A DNA stretch of 64,000 bases from Bacteroidota bacterium (GCA_023461035.1 JAEWOD010000037.1:1057-65056), one strand, 5' to 3'; shown: positions 38,180 to 48,106, numbered from the stretch's first letter. Notes: generated by a model not told the origin, from the letters alone. Program-made: numbers and translations.

Positions 38180-38924
38180 GCAGATAATTTTTCCGGTTTT
38201 GTTGATTTCTCAATTTTCCATCGGTCAACAATATGAGGAAACAATCGTTCCGCCGGAACCTGTTGAAGCCTATTACGAAGACTATAATGCCCCCAACCCG
38301 ACTCCTTCCAAAGAAGAAATAGGCGAAGTATATTTTGAAAAACGAAATTTAGATCCTGAATTTAAAGATAATTATAAAGGCAAAAAATATAATTATGACC
38401 GCGTGGTCAAAGAAAAGGAATATAAACCACCTTCCGGACCAATGTTCAATTTGCCGACAGGATTATTTCAGATTCTCATGTATGCTGTGTTGGGAGCAAT
38501 TGTCCTTTTGGTGATTTATTTTATCATCAAAAATGCAGGCGGATTTTCATTTGGAAAAGAAGGAAAAAAAATCCGATTTGAAACTTCAGATGAAAAATCA
38601 TTGGAAGATGAAGAAAATATCGAAAACAATGATTTTCCTCATTTGATCCAAAAAGCCAAATCGGAAAACGATTTCCGTAAAGCAGTCCGGTATTATCATC
38701 TTTGGGTTTTACAAAAATTGGCTGACAATAAACTGATTGTTTGGAACAAAGACAAGACCGATTTTGATTATTATAAAGAATTAGGGCAGCATCTGATCAA
38801 AGAAGATTTTTCAAACGGCATGTATGTTTACGATTATACCTGGTATGGAAATTTCCAGTTGAGCGCCAACGAATTTTCAATCGCAGAACACATTTTTCAA
38901 CGCACCTTAAATAAACTGAGATGA
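38166..38924 (+). CDS. DUF4129-like membrane protein
   Basis: Signal peptide and TM; AVRYYHLWVL, KTDFDY and YDYTWYG motifs; position in a MoxR operon. Confidence 0.75.
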   Translation: MKNLKQIIFPVLLISQFSIGQQYEETIVPPEPVEAYYEDYNAPNPTPSKEEIGEVYFEKRNLDPEFKDNYKGKKYNYDRVVKEKEYKPPSGPMFNLPTGLFQILMYAVLGAIVLLVIYFIIKNAGGFSFGKEGKKIRFETSDEKSLEDEENIENNDFPHLIQKAKSENDFRKAVRYYHLWVLQKLADNKLIVWNKDKTDFDYYKELGQHLIKEDFSNGMYVYDYTWYGNFQLSANEFSIAEHIFQRTLNKLR

Positions 38925-40144
38925 AAAACGGATATATAAAATTTGCTGTTTTTCTGTTTTCATTTCTCTTATGGAGTTGTGGTGAAATACCGGTGAACTG
39001 GAGCCGGACGTTTGATTCAAAAGATACGATTCCATTTGGAACCTATATACTCCGTCAGGAATTGACAGAAATTTTTCCCGAATCCAAAGTGCGAAATATT
39101 TCTATGCCTACTTATGATCATTTTAAAGATATTCAATACGAATACAGAAGTGATCATTATTTTTTTATTTATGACAAACCACTTTGGGATGATGCCACTT
39201 GGGAAAAAATCCTCGAATATGTAAACAACGGTGGCTCTGCTTTTATTTCCCTTTCGGCTCCCAATCCTGTTTTGGAACAAAGTTTAGGAACGAAAACTTC
39301 CGAACTGTCATTTGATGTAAAATCTCCGGCGGTATCGCTTTCTGTAAAATTACCCGAAAAAGAACAGAAATACATTTTTGAAAAGGGAGTAAACACGGTT
39401 TATTTTTCTCAATTGAACGAAGAAACAACTGAAATTCTGGGATATTTGGAATATAAAGGTGAAAAACAACCCAATTTCGTAAAGGTTTATCATGGGGAAG
39501 GATATTTTTTATTGCACTGCGAACCGATTGCTTTCACCAATTATCATATGCTGAAAAAAAATCATGCTCAATATGTGACGGATGTTTTTTCATATTTAAG
39601 TCCTGAAAACATCATGTGGGACAACCACCGTTTATTCAGACGCCAATCCGGTGAACGAAACGATGGCGGGTTTTTTAACGGACTGAGTTTCATCATGAAG
39701 CACGAAGCGCTTCGCTGGGCATTTTTTTTATTGACCGTCATGGGAATCATGTATTTAATTTTCAATTCCAAACGCAGGCAGCGAGCGGTACCGATTGTGC
39801 TTCCTTATCCCAATTATACGTTGGATTTTGCCAAAACCCTTTCCGAATTATACCGTTACAATGCTGACCATACTGCCATGGTACGATATAAAATCAATTA
39901 TTTTTTGGAACAATTGCGTTTACATTATTATATTACATCCAAAGACACCGAAAAGGATTTTTCCGAAATCCTAAGTGCCAAATCGGGCGTATATTTTGAA
40001 ACCTGTCGGAAATTGGTAGTAAAAATGGATATATTAAAAAGCAAAAATTATCTGGACAAAGAAGATTTTTTTTCATTACATACTTTAATCGAATCATTTA
40101 AACTGAAATCAAAAAATTATGGAAGAGATACCTCAAGAAAATAA
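38921..40144 (+). CDS. DUF4350-like membrane (lipo)protein
   Basis: WSCG lipobox-like site; DTIPFGTY, PIAFTNY, C-terminal TM then KRRQR. Confidence 0.72.
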   Translation: MKNGYIKFAVFLFSFLLWSCGEIPVNWSRTFDSKDTIPFGTYILRQELTEIFPESKVRNISMPTYDHFKDIQYEYRSDHYFFIYDKPLWDDATWEKILEYVNNGGSAFISLSAPNPVLEQSLGTKTSELSFDVKSPAVSLSVKLPEKEQKYIFEKGVNTVYFSQLNEETTEILGYLEYKGEKQPNFVKVYHGEGYFLLHCEPIAFTNYHMLKKNHAQYVTDVFSYLSPENIMWDNHRLFRRQSGERNDGGFFNGLSFIMKHEALRWAFFLLTVMGIMYLIFNSKRRQRAVPIVLPYPNYTLDFAKTLSELYRYNADHTAMVRYKINYFLEQLRLHYYITSKDTEKDFSEILSAKSGVYFETCRKLVVKMDILKSKNYLDKEDFFSLHTLIESFKLKSKNYGRDTSRK

Positions 40145-41177
40145 TTCCTCATACGAACCAAAATTCAATGAAAATCAACCCGAGACCGAATCACAACACA
40201 GTTCGGGACTGGATTTTACCAACCGTATTGATTTGACAAAAATCCAAAAAGGAGTTGCGGAAATCCGTAACCAACTGGGGAAAGTAATCATAGGTCAGGA
40301 AGAATTCATCGAACTTTTGATGGTCAGCATTTTTGCCAATGGTCATGCGCTGATAGAAGGAGTTCCGGGCGTTGCGAAAACCATCACCGCCAAATTACTG
40401 GCAAGAACCATGGATGTCGGTTTTAGCCGGATTCAGTTTACACCGGATCTGATGCCTTCAGATATTTTGGGAACTTCGGTTTTTGATATTAAAAAGAATG
40501 AATTCGAGTTCAAAAAAGGACCCGTTTTTTCCAATATCATCCTGATCGATGAAATCAACCGTGCACCTGCCAAAACACAAGCAGCTCTTTTTGAAGTGAT
40601 GGCAGAACGACAAATCACTATGGACGGAATTTGTTATGAAATGGAACCGCCATTTTTGGTTTTTGCTACACAAAATCCGGTGGAACAAGAAGGAACTTAT
40701 CGACTACCGGAAGCCCAGTTAGACCGTTTTTTATTTAAAATCGAAGTGGGATATCCGTCGTTGGAAGAGGAAGTCAGCATCATCGAAGGAAACAATAGCC
40801 GTAAAAATGAAGACCCTACAAATTTGGTTTCATCGGTATTCAAAGCAGATGAAATTTCGGAATTTCAGCACATCATCCAGGATGTTTTGGTAGAGCCCAA
40901 ATTGATTCGATATATAGCCGGCATCGTAAATACCACCCGAAATAATCCGTTTTTATTTTTGGGAGCCTCGCCGAGAGCTTCGATTTCGATTTTAAATGCG
41001 GCAAAAGCGGTTGCAGCTGTCAGAGGACGGGATTTTGTGATTCCGGAAGATATCAAATTCGTAGCAGTTCCGGCATTGAAACACCGAATAGTCGTTTCGC
41101 CCGAAAAAGAAATGGAAGGAATTTCATCCACTCAAATCATCAACCAAATAATCGAAAGCATAGAAATTCCGCGTTGA
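40119..41177 (+). CDS. MoxR family AAA+ ATPase
   Basis: EGVPGVAKT, RIQFTPDLMPSD, DEINRAPAKTQ, ATQNPVEQEGTY and GASPRA motifs. Confidence 0.95.
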   Translation: MEEIPQENNSSYEPKFNENQPETESQHSSGLDFTNRIDLTKIQKGVAEIRNQLGKVIIGQEEFIELLMVSIFANGHALIEGVPGVAKTITAKLLARTMDVGFSRIQFTPDLMPSDILGTSVFDIKKNEFEFKKGPVFSNIILIDEINRAPAKTQAALFEVMAERQITMDGICYEMEPPFLVFATQNPVEQEGTYRLPEAQLDRFLFKIEVGYPSLEEEVSIIEGNNSRKNEDPTNLVSSVFKADEISEFQHIIQDVLVEPKLIRYIAGIVNTTRNNPFLFLGASPRASISILNAAKAVAAVRGRDFVIPEDIKFVAVPALKHRIVVSPEKEMEGISSTQIINQIIESIEIPR

Positions 41178-42505
41178 TGAAGCCTTTCAAGCAAATATTT
41201 TTATATAAATCCTTTTTCTATTCCTTTCTTTTGGTGATAGTCGGATTTTGCTTTGGGTTTTATTTTCCGGTGATGATCCAGATTTCCCAATTGCTGTTAT
41301 TTGCCGTTGTTTTGCTGACGTTAATCGATTTCGTCTTATTGTATCTGAATAAAACAGGGGTTTCCGGCAGGAGAATTCTGAAGGATAAATTGTCCAATTT
41401 TGATAAAAATCCGGTGAAAATTGAATTGGAAAATCATTTTCCTTTCCGCATTAAATACACCGTTTTGGACGAAATTCCGGAGCAATTTCAAATTTTTGAT
41501 TTTAAACTAAAAGGTTTTCTTTCTTCCAAAAAAGAAATCGAATTGAATTATGATTTAATTCCTTCTGAAAGAGGTGTTTATAAATTTGGGGATATCAATG
41601 TTTTTGTCTGTACACCTCTTGGATTTCTTCAAAGAAAAATTGTCCTGCATTCCTCCGGCCAGATTAAAGTATATCCGTCTTTTTTGCGTTTAAATCATTT
41701 TGATTTACAAAATTTTAAAGCACATGTCAACGAAATCGGGCAGAAGAAAATTCGCCGTATCGGTCACAGCATGGAATTTGAACAGATAAAAAATTATGTA
41801 AAAGGAGATGACTTCCGCACCATCAATTGGAAATCCACTGCCAAACATCAAAAACTAATGGTCAACCAATATGTGGATGAAAAATCGCAACAGGTATATT
41901 GTGCGATAGATAAGGGCAGGATGATGAAAATGCCTTTTGATGGCAAGACTTTATTGGACTTTTCGATTAATTCCAGTTTAATTTTTAGCAATGTGGTTTT
42001 ACAGAATCATGACAGAGCCGGTGTTTTTACGTTTTCCAATCAATTGGAAAATCTGGTAAAAGCGGAAAGAAGAACCAATCAACTGCATAAAATTTCGGAG
42101 ACGCTGTATGGAATTCAGAGTAATTTTATGGAAAGCGATTTTGGGAAATTGTATAATTATATCAAATATAAAATCACCCAAAGAGGTTTGATTCTGCTGT
42201 TTACCAATTTTGAAAGTATGGATTCTCTTCACCGACAACTCCCCTATTTGTTAGGAATCAATAAAAATCATTTGCTTGTCGTTGTGTTTTTCAGGAATAC
42301 GGAATTGGAAAATTTTCTTCAAAATCCGACAGAAAAAAATGATTTATACGAAAAAACATTGGTAGAAAAATTCATTTATGAAAAACAACAAATCGTGTTA
42401 GAACTAAACAAACACGGTATCCAAACCGTTTTGACACGACCGGAAGATCTCACGGTCAATACGATAAACAAATACCTCGAAATAAAATCCCGAGGTATTA
42501 TTTAG
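41174..42505 (+). CDS. DUF58 domain (VWA-like) protein
   Basis: N-terminal TMs; EFEQIKNYVKGDDFRTINWKSTAK and IDKGRMM motifs. Confidence 0.9.
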   Translation: MMKPFKQIFLYKSFFYSFLLVIVGFCFGFYFPVMIQISQLLLFAVVLLTLIDFVLLYLNKTGVSGRRILKDKLSNFDKNPVKIELENHFPFRIKYTVLDEIPEQFQIFDFKLKGFLSSKKEIELNYDLIPSERGVYKFGDINVFVCTPLGFLQRKIVLHSSGQIKVYPSFLRLNHFDLQNFKAHVNEIGQKKIRRIGHSMEFEQIKNYVKGDDFRTINWKSTAKHQKLMVNQYVDEKSQQVYCAIDKGRMMKMPFDGKTLLDFSINSSLIFSNVVLQNHDRAGVFTFSNQLENLVKAERRTNQLHKISETLYGIQSNFMESDFGKLYNYIKYKITQRGLILLFTNFESMDSLHRQLPYLLGINKNHLLVVVFFRNTELENFLQNPTEKNDLYEKTLVEKFIYEKQQIVLELNKHGIQTVLTRPEDLTVNTINKYLEIKSRGII

Positions 42506-42833
42506 GTTCTGAAAATCTTCTTTTCCACGCCGTAACTGTATTTCGGCTGATGTTAAAGTGTTTTGCCAGCCGGGAGTTATTGAGCCCATGCATTTTTTGA
42601 TAATGAAGAATTTCTAATATATCTGACTTCTCATAGGCTTTGAATTTTTGGTTGATCCGAAAACTTTCCTTTTGATTTTTGCCAAATATTCTTTCATTTA
42701 GCTCAATAACATCCAGCCGTGAAAAATTGTTTTTATTTAAAAAATCCTTTAAATCAATTGCCTTTTCCGGAAACTTTTTTTTAATGATTTCTGTAAAGAT
42801 TTTTTTATAATGAATTTGTGTTAATTTTTCCAT
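42498..42833 (-). CDS. Helix-turn-helix protein (start revised to MEKLTQ)
   Basis: C-terminal HTH LNNSRLAKHFNISRNTVTAWKRRF. Confidence 0.72.
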   Translation of the reverse strand: MEKLTQIHYKKIFTEIIKKKFPEKAIDLKDFLNKNNFSRLDVIELNERIFGKNQKESFRINQKFKAYEKSDILEILHYQKMHGLNNSRLAKHFNISRNTVTAWKRRFSEPK

Positions 42834-43263
42834 ATTTCGATATCCATTTGTACAAAGTTGTTTTTGGAATTCCGTATTCTTCAATAATCTGTAATTTCGA
42901 TTTTTCTCCATTGGCCAATTGTTCCAGAATAAAATCGATGATTTCTTTGGTATAAATATTTTTTCGAAAATTCGGAATTTTACTGTTTATAGTGGGTTTT
43001 CCGGAAGATGGCGGCGCATACAATATGAGATGCTGACTGTATATCCTAAAAAAATCATATTCGAGAAGTTTGCTTAATTTCAACAGAATCTCCGCATCCA
43101 AACTTTTAGAATTATAAACGGCAAGAATATCCGACTTGTTACAATCCAAAAATTTACAAATTCGGTTTGAGTGAATTCCTTTTTCTTTCACTAACTCTTT
43201 TATATATTTTCCAATGTGAATGTTTTTATAATTCTTAAGCGAATTGGTTTGTTCTTTTAGCAT
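42805..43263 (-). CDS. Tandem helix-turn-helix protein
   Basis: IHIG...LLKLSKLLEYDFFRIYS N-terminal domain; C-terminal HTH IIEEYGIPKTTLYKWISKY; no DDE domain seen. Confidence 0.75.
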   Translation of the reverse strand: MLKEQTNSLKNYKNIHIGKYIKELVKEKGIHSNRICKFLDCNKSDILAVYNSKSLDAEILLKLSKLLEYDFFRIYSQHLILYAPPSSGKPTINSKIPNFRKNIYTKEIIDFILEQLANGEKSKLQIIEEYGIPKTTLYKWISKYGKINTNSL

Positions 43264-43681
43264 TTTCCAGTGACTTTATCATTCTTATCATCAATTTCCA
43301 ACTAAATCCTCTTATTTTAATTTTGGTTGTTCTTTCTTTTCCATTTTCATTTTTTTCAATTAAAAGCAAGTCATAATCAAATAAATTTTCATTGAGCGAA
43401 TACATTTTCAAATGTTCTTTCTGAATTTTTATCAATTCATTTTTCATGTTGTAAAATCGGAATGGATGAGTTTTTCTGATGATAATAGAATGAAGGGAAG
43501 TTCTGTATTCAATTATTTCGATATGGATAAATAAAACACTCAATCCTAGGGACAATAATAAAGACAAGATTTTCATCTCCGCACTGATAGAACCAATAAA
43601 ACTGATACTGATCAGAACTACTAAAAAGGATATCAATCCCCATGTCAGGTAGTTCATACTTTTATAATTATTAATGATCAT
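43235..43681 (-). CDS. Hypothetical two-TM membrane protein
   Basis: Two N-terminal hydrophobic segments; overlaps the next gene in the same direction. Confidence 0.55.
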   Translation of the reverse strand: MIINNYKSMNYLTWGLISFLVVLISISFIGSISAEMKILSLLLSLGLSVLFIHIEIIEYRTSLHSIIIRKTHPFRFYNMKNELIKIQKEHLKMYSLNENLFDYDLLLIEKNENGKERTTKIKIRGFSWKLMIRMIKSLENAKRTNQFA

Positions 43682-43715
43682 AGATAAAAGAATTAAGTTA
43701 AAAATTACATTAAGT

Positions 43716-43759
43716 TAAAAAACAGCAGAATGCACATTTTGAAATCAAGTGCATCCTGC
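43716..43759 (-). terminator. Probable intrinsic terminator
   Basis: Minus strand gcaggatgcac...gtgcattctgc followed by tgtttttt. Confidence 0.6.
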
Positions 43760-43787
43760 CAATACAAGGTTGGTTGAAATTTTGAAG

Positions 43788-44324
43788 TTATTTCCAATAA
43801 CTCCAGTTAGCTCCGTCATATACAGCCAGCATAGCTGCTGCTGTATCATAAACAATCGTTCCGGCTATTACTCCCGGCATGGTTAGGTGCGGGTTGGCAA
43901 CCTTTGGTAAAACCATGGCACGTGTGGTTGACTCCAATACTAAAACACCATCTTTGATGGATGTATCGTCTCCGATTATTACACCTTGGCCCACATCGGG
44001 TCCTGCATTTATAAAAGGATGGGCAACTCCCGGTTCTTCGTTCTCGGTTAGGTTAGTCCAATTATCATTCAAACCTCCGTTTTTTTCTTCCAGTACTTTG
44101 ACAGAATTGTTAGTTATATCAAAAAGCAGAGTACCTCCAACAGCCCCCGGTGCAGAATCAACAGAAGGAAGAATGATTCCTTTTGCCTCTGACCCGAACT
44201 CCAACAGAACACTATTATTGGTTACAGAAGATTTTCCTATTGCCACTTGTGCCAGCACTTCATTTGCCATAAATGAAGCATTTAAAATGACGGTTATTAA
44301 GAATATTTTTTTATTTAAATTCAT
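43788..44324 (-). CDS. Secreted 178-aa protein with two copies of a V-x-I-G...KG/RA-xxLP...G-x-xx-(Y/F)D module
   Basis: Signal peptide ending VLAQ; internal duplication visible in the translation. Confidence 0.75.
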   Translation of the reverse strand: MNLNKKIFLITVILNASFMANEVLAQVAIGKSSVTNNSVLLEFGSEAKGIILPSVDSAPGAVGGTLLFDITNNSVKVLEEKNGGLNDNWTNLTENEEPGVAHPFINAGPDVGQGVIIGDDTSIKDGVLVLESTTRAMVLPKVANPHLTMPGVIAGTIVYDTAAAMLAVYDGANWSYWK

Positions 44325-44366
44325 TTTTTTGTTTTTAGTTTCCTTGTTTTCAAACTTTCAATTTTG

Positions 44367-47132
44367 TTATTCTTCGTTACATCCTCTTTCGATACAGTTC
44401 CATCCGATACGGCCACCGTCTACTCCGGGAGATGTTCCACGGTACAATTGCAAACAACCCTCATCCGTATTGTAAATTACCATGCCTTCAAGAGCATCGA
44501 GATTGTCTCTTTGGGCTGTGGTCATATGTGTCAAAACCATTCCTTTTTTTGCTGCATCTAAAACCAAATATCCGTTTGGAACAGATTCCGGCCAATTGGA
44601 GAATGTAGGCTTTTCTTTTGTCAGTACTCCTACTTTACTAAATCCCGCAGGTGCTCCGGTTGCTCCTAATTTCACACAAGGACAGGCAACGATATTCAAT
44701 CCATAACCATTTCCTGAAATGCTTGTGACACCTATAACATTTTGAGTAGCTACTATAATGTTAGGCGCACCGTCATTCCATGCGATGGTATTCAAAGAAT
44801 TGCCATTGATAAGCTCGAGTGGAAATAAAATACCTCCAGAGGTTTTACTTCCAAAAAGAGAGATAGTACCAGAAGGACTAATGATAACTCGAATCAATGG
44901 ATTGTCTTCAGTACCCGTCATTTCCCATATATCGCCTTCTGTATTTGTCTCATACTCGTCACCATCTATAAAACGCACATTTATCCCGGAAGTTCCGGAA
45001 GATTGAAACTCAATTTCCTGAGCAGCGATACTTGTTCCGTTAATCTCCATGTTAAATGAATTGTCCAATTCATATATGTCCAGTACAAATCCATAGTTTG
45101 TCGGTGGCTGATTAAAAGTTTCGGTAACGGGCGATGGAGTATCACCCGGATATGTCCAGACGAAACTTTGCCCGGCAACCTGCTGTGTACATATATCATC
45201 ACATTCGCTAAAAGTAGCATCATAAGCTGTACCGGCATTTTGTCCTCCATTAGCCAAAACCGGAATTCCGTTTTCATCTTCGGCTCCCATTATACTACCA
45301 TCAGGATTTAACTGATTCTGATTTATATATCCGTCTCCTTCTATGGCATCCGGGCAACCGTCTCCGTCAGAATCAAGATCCAATTCATTAGGAATTCCGT
45401 CTCCGTCCGTATCTACGAATATCGGATAGTCCTCACAAAGATTGTTAAATCGTATTCTCTGATCATTAAAACTACCACCTGTAGAAGCGGTGTAACCATA
45501 ATAAACCAATTTATTGATTTCTGTCGATGGGATGTCGAAATATTCTTCACAGAATTCATCAAGTGAGCCGGGGTGTGTATAAGAACCCCCATTTATCCCA
45601 TTTACTGTGTAGGAAAGGGTTCGTGTCGAAGCATCCCAAATAATTTCTACATCATTCCAATTTCCATCTTCCAAATTCCCCAAATCGGCAGCAGTTGTTA
45701 AGCTAACAAATGTTGAAAATTCACCGGAGGTAACGACAGAATCATCTGTATCCCAAATCATTCCATGATCATTTGGTATATCTTCTGAAGTCGCTCCATT
45801 TTCCCAAGTATCCATTTCGAGCGCAAGACCATTGAGTATACCTGCTGCTCCAATTCCCACCCCTACTGCACCTACGGCTAATGTTCCTGCCGGATCGTTA
45901 TGAAAAACACATGCAATTCCATCTGCTCCCGAAGCATCCAAATTACCTAAATTAGCTTGAAACCGAATGACAAAGTTATCTGCAAAATTAATTTTCCCCA
46001 ATGACCACATGGAACCACTTTGGTTTCCAACTGCTTCCGTAAGTCTTACTTCATTATCCGGCACGCCCGGAACATTGCTTACTGCATTTCCGGCAAGGGC
46101 AAAGAGATCATTTAAAATGGCATCATTCAGTCCTTTCTCTACGCAATCCGGGATTCCGTCATTATCCGAATCCAAGTCATCCAAACCGGTAACCGTTATG
46201 CTGATAGTATTGGGATTTGAAGTTCCAGGTGAAGGTTGACCATCCAAAGTAAAGTTATCCTGTATAGTATAGGAAATTGTTGCAATGCCTGTAAAACCGA
46301 TAGCCGGAGTGAAAGTCAATTCACCCGTTGTGGGATTCACAGACCATGTTCCTTCTGTAGTAGTGATATTTCCTTGAACTCCGGGAGTGGAAGGATCCAA
46401 GTCTATACTATTTGAAACGACAGATTGACCAAGGTCATAATCCATTGCTCCATCCATAAGATCAACCAGAACCGGTTGATCAGTGGTTGTTGCGGTTTTA
46501 TCCTCCGCAATGGGAATAGTATTTATTGCATTCAGAGAAACTGAAATGTTGACAGATTCATATGAAGATCCTACGACATTACTTCCCGGAAAAAGAGCAA
46601 ATTGCATAGTAGCATTATTTGCTGTAAATCTTAATCTGTTAACTCCCCAAGCATTGTCCGTATCCCGATTTATCGTTGTAACGTTTACTCTAGGATAGGC
46701 TCCTACTTGAAATTCAAAAGCATCGATGTAATTAGGACTATAGGAAGGGGCTAATGATGATAATGAATAAGTAACTACTTCATATTCTCTGCCGGATACT
46801 AATCCGGTAATGTTTGTCCCAACTGATTCTTCTGTTCCGGCGGAACCAATATCACGGATACTGATCCAATCTGTATGACCATTTGGCGGGAGTGGCAGAG
46901 GAGCAGATGTCCAAGTTGCTCCTCCTCCTGTAGTCCCACTGGCAGCTGCCGTATTTCGATTGGACATATCAGGTGTTCCTCCAAAATCAAACCAATTGGC
47001 AGGAGCACAGTCCCAACATGGCATTGGTTTGTTTCCTTCTAAATTGGTGGGAGAAATAGATTGTGCATTACTTATTTGAACAAAAAAGGTAAAAAATAGT
47101 AATCTAAGTATGTTTGGTAAATATTTTTTCAT
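44367..47132 (-). CDS. Modular secreted adhesin-like protein (Ig-like/CshA-type repeat, DxDxDG Ca-binding repeats, L-type lectin domain)
   Basis: GTWSVNPTTGELTFTP; DSDNDGIPD, DTDGDGIPNELDLDSDGDGCPD; GADGIACVF, ALEMDT and GYTASTGG legume-lectin motifs. Confidence 0.8.
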   Translation of the reverse strand: MKKYLPNILRLLFFTFFVQISNAQSISPTNLEGNKPMPCWDCAPANWFDFGGTPDMSNRNTAAASGTTGGGATWTSAPLPLPPNGHTDWISIRDIGSAGTEESVGTNITGLVSGREYEVVTYSLSSLAPSYSPNYIDAFEFQVGAYPRVNVTTINRDTDNAWGVNRLRFTANNATMQFALFPGSNVVGSSYESVNISVSLNAINTIPIAEDKTATTTDQPVLVDLMDGAMDYDLGQSVVSNSIDLDPSTPGVQGNITTTEGTWSVNPTTGELTFTPAIGFTGIATISYTIQDNFTLDGQPSPGTSNPNTISITVTGLDDLDSDNDGIPDCVEKGLNDAILNDLFALAGNAVSNVPGVPDNEVRLTEAVGNQSGSMWSLGKINFADNFVIRFQANLGNLDASGADGIACVFHNDPAGTLAVGAVGVGIGAAGILNGLALEMDTWENGATSEDIPNDHGMIWDTDDSVVTSGEFSTFVSLTTAADLGNLEDGNWNDVEIIWDASTRTLSYTVNGINGGSYTHPGSLDEFCEEYFDIPSTEINKLVYYGYTASTGGSFNDQRIRFNNLCEDYPIFVDTDGDGIPNELDLDSDGDGCPDAIEGDGYINQNQLNPDGSIMGAEDENGIPVLANGGQNAGTAYDATFSECDDICTQQVAGQSFVWTYPGDTPSPVTETFNQPPTNYGFVLDIYELDNSFNMEINGTSIAAQEIEFQSSGTSGINVRFIDGDEYETNTEGDIWEMTGTEDNPLIRVIISPSGTISLFGSKTSGGILFPLELINGNSLNTIAWNDGAPNIIVATQNVIGVTSISGNGYGLNIVACPCVKLGATGAPAGFSKVGVLTKEKPTFSNWPESVPNGYLVLDAAKKGMVLTHMTTAQRDNLDALEGMVIYNTDEGCLQLYRGTSPGVDGGRIGWNCIERGCNEE

Positions 47133-47218
47133 TAATAGATAATTTGACCTGTCTTAAAATAAATTTTGAGAGCTTATATCAATTGAAAGATCAAAAGAAC
47201 CAAGCTGATTTTCAGAAG

Positions 47219-47863
47219 TCATACACTGAAAGGAGGAGGTCTTGCGTTAAAGAAGCCTATGTACAGACTGCAGTAAGTCTTTTCTTTGAAGTAGCTTTTA
47301 AAGGAGTTGTTTCCTAAGCCCGCTATGACGTAAGTTGTTTCACTTCTTTCTCTTGATAAGTCTTTTTTGTTATATGAAATATCGGTTACTGCCGCCATTT
47401 TCTTTTTTCCTGTTTTCAAATCAGAATTGCCATCTGGCATATGACTGATTGTAAAATCTTCTTTTTCTACGATAGGAGTAATTCGGGATTTGGCGACTAT
47501 CTTTTCCGATTTTATGGACTTAGCTAAAAAGTTTTTCTTTTTATTTGGAGTAGTTTTGGCCACTTCTGTATACAGAATTTCAACTTCTGCATTTTCAGTC
47601 AAATTGGCCGTTATAGTTCCTTTTACGATATATACTTTCGGAGTGCTAACACCTGTTTGTGGAAGAGTCTCATTAGATTCGTAAATAATAGTATCTGCAT
47701 GAAAATCAGCATCATCATGGATATAGAAAGAAGTTCCTCCTTTTATAATGACTTGTCCTGACAAGGAAACCCAACTAACGAGGAAGCAAAAAGACCAGAT
47801 GAGTCGCAAATATATTTGAGAGTTCTGTTTCTTAATTTTATGTTGGTCAATAAATGCCCGCAT
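47219..47863 (-). CDS. Secreted hypothetical protein ending in RPPP (start uncertain: 47863 or 47908)
   Basis: Hydrophobic signal segment ending LSGQ; C-terminus FFNARPPPFSV*. Confidence 0.65.
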   Translation of the reverse strand: MRAFIDQHKIKKQNSQIYLRLIWSFCFLVSWVSLSGQVIIKGGTSFYIHDDADFHADTIIYESNETLPQTGVSTPKVYIVKGTITANLTENAEVEILYTEVAKTTPNKKKNFLAKSIKSEKIVAKSRITPIVEKEDFTISHMPDGNSDLKTGKKKMAAVTDISYNKKDLSRERSETTYVIAGLGNNSFKSYFKEKTYCSLYIGFFNARPPPFSV

Positions 47864-47920
47864 CCGATTCCGAGAAATTTGATGCGAAAGTATAAGCGCA
47901 TTTATCAATTAAAAAGGAAA

Positions 47921-47952
47921 AGGGTTATCACTTTCTTTAAAATGATAACCCT
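47921..47952. promoter_or_regulatory. 10-bp inverted repeat (terminator, attenuator or operator)
   Basis: agggttatca-12nt-tgataaccct, followed on the minus strand by tttccttttt. Confidence 0.45.
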
Positions 47953-48106
47953 AATAAAACACATAAAAACCTGTATAATAAATGATTATAATATTATTTT
48001 TCTTTTAAAATTTCATTTTATACAGCAGAGCAGTTTAAACTGTTTATTAAAAAAGAAGGTAAATTTGATTGGATTTCTTAGAGAGAAACCAAGAAACCTT
48101 AAACAT

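Noticed and set aside
42498..43263. IS element or transposase
   Set aside because: HTH domains only; no catalytic domain, terminal inverted repeats or target duplication found
43879..44475. 198-aa plus-strand ORF and other antisense ORFs inside long genes (for example 60582-61094 and 9714-10208)
   Set aside because: Shadow frames opposite well-supported genes, with no recognisable motifs
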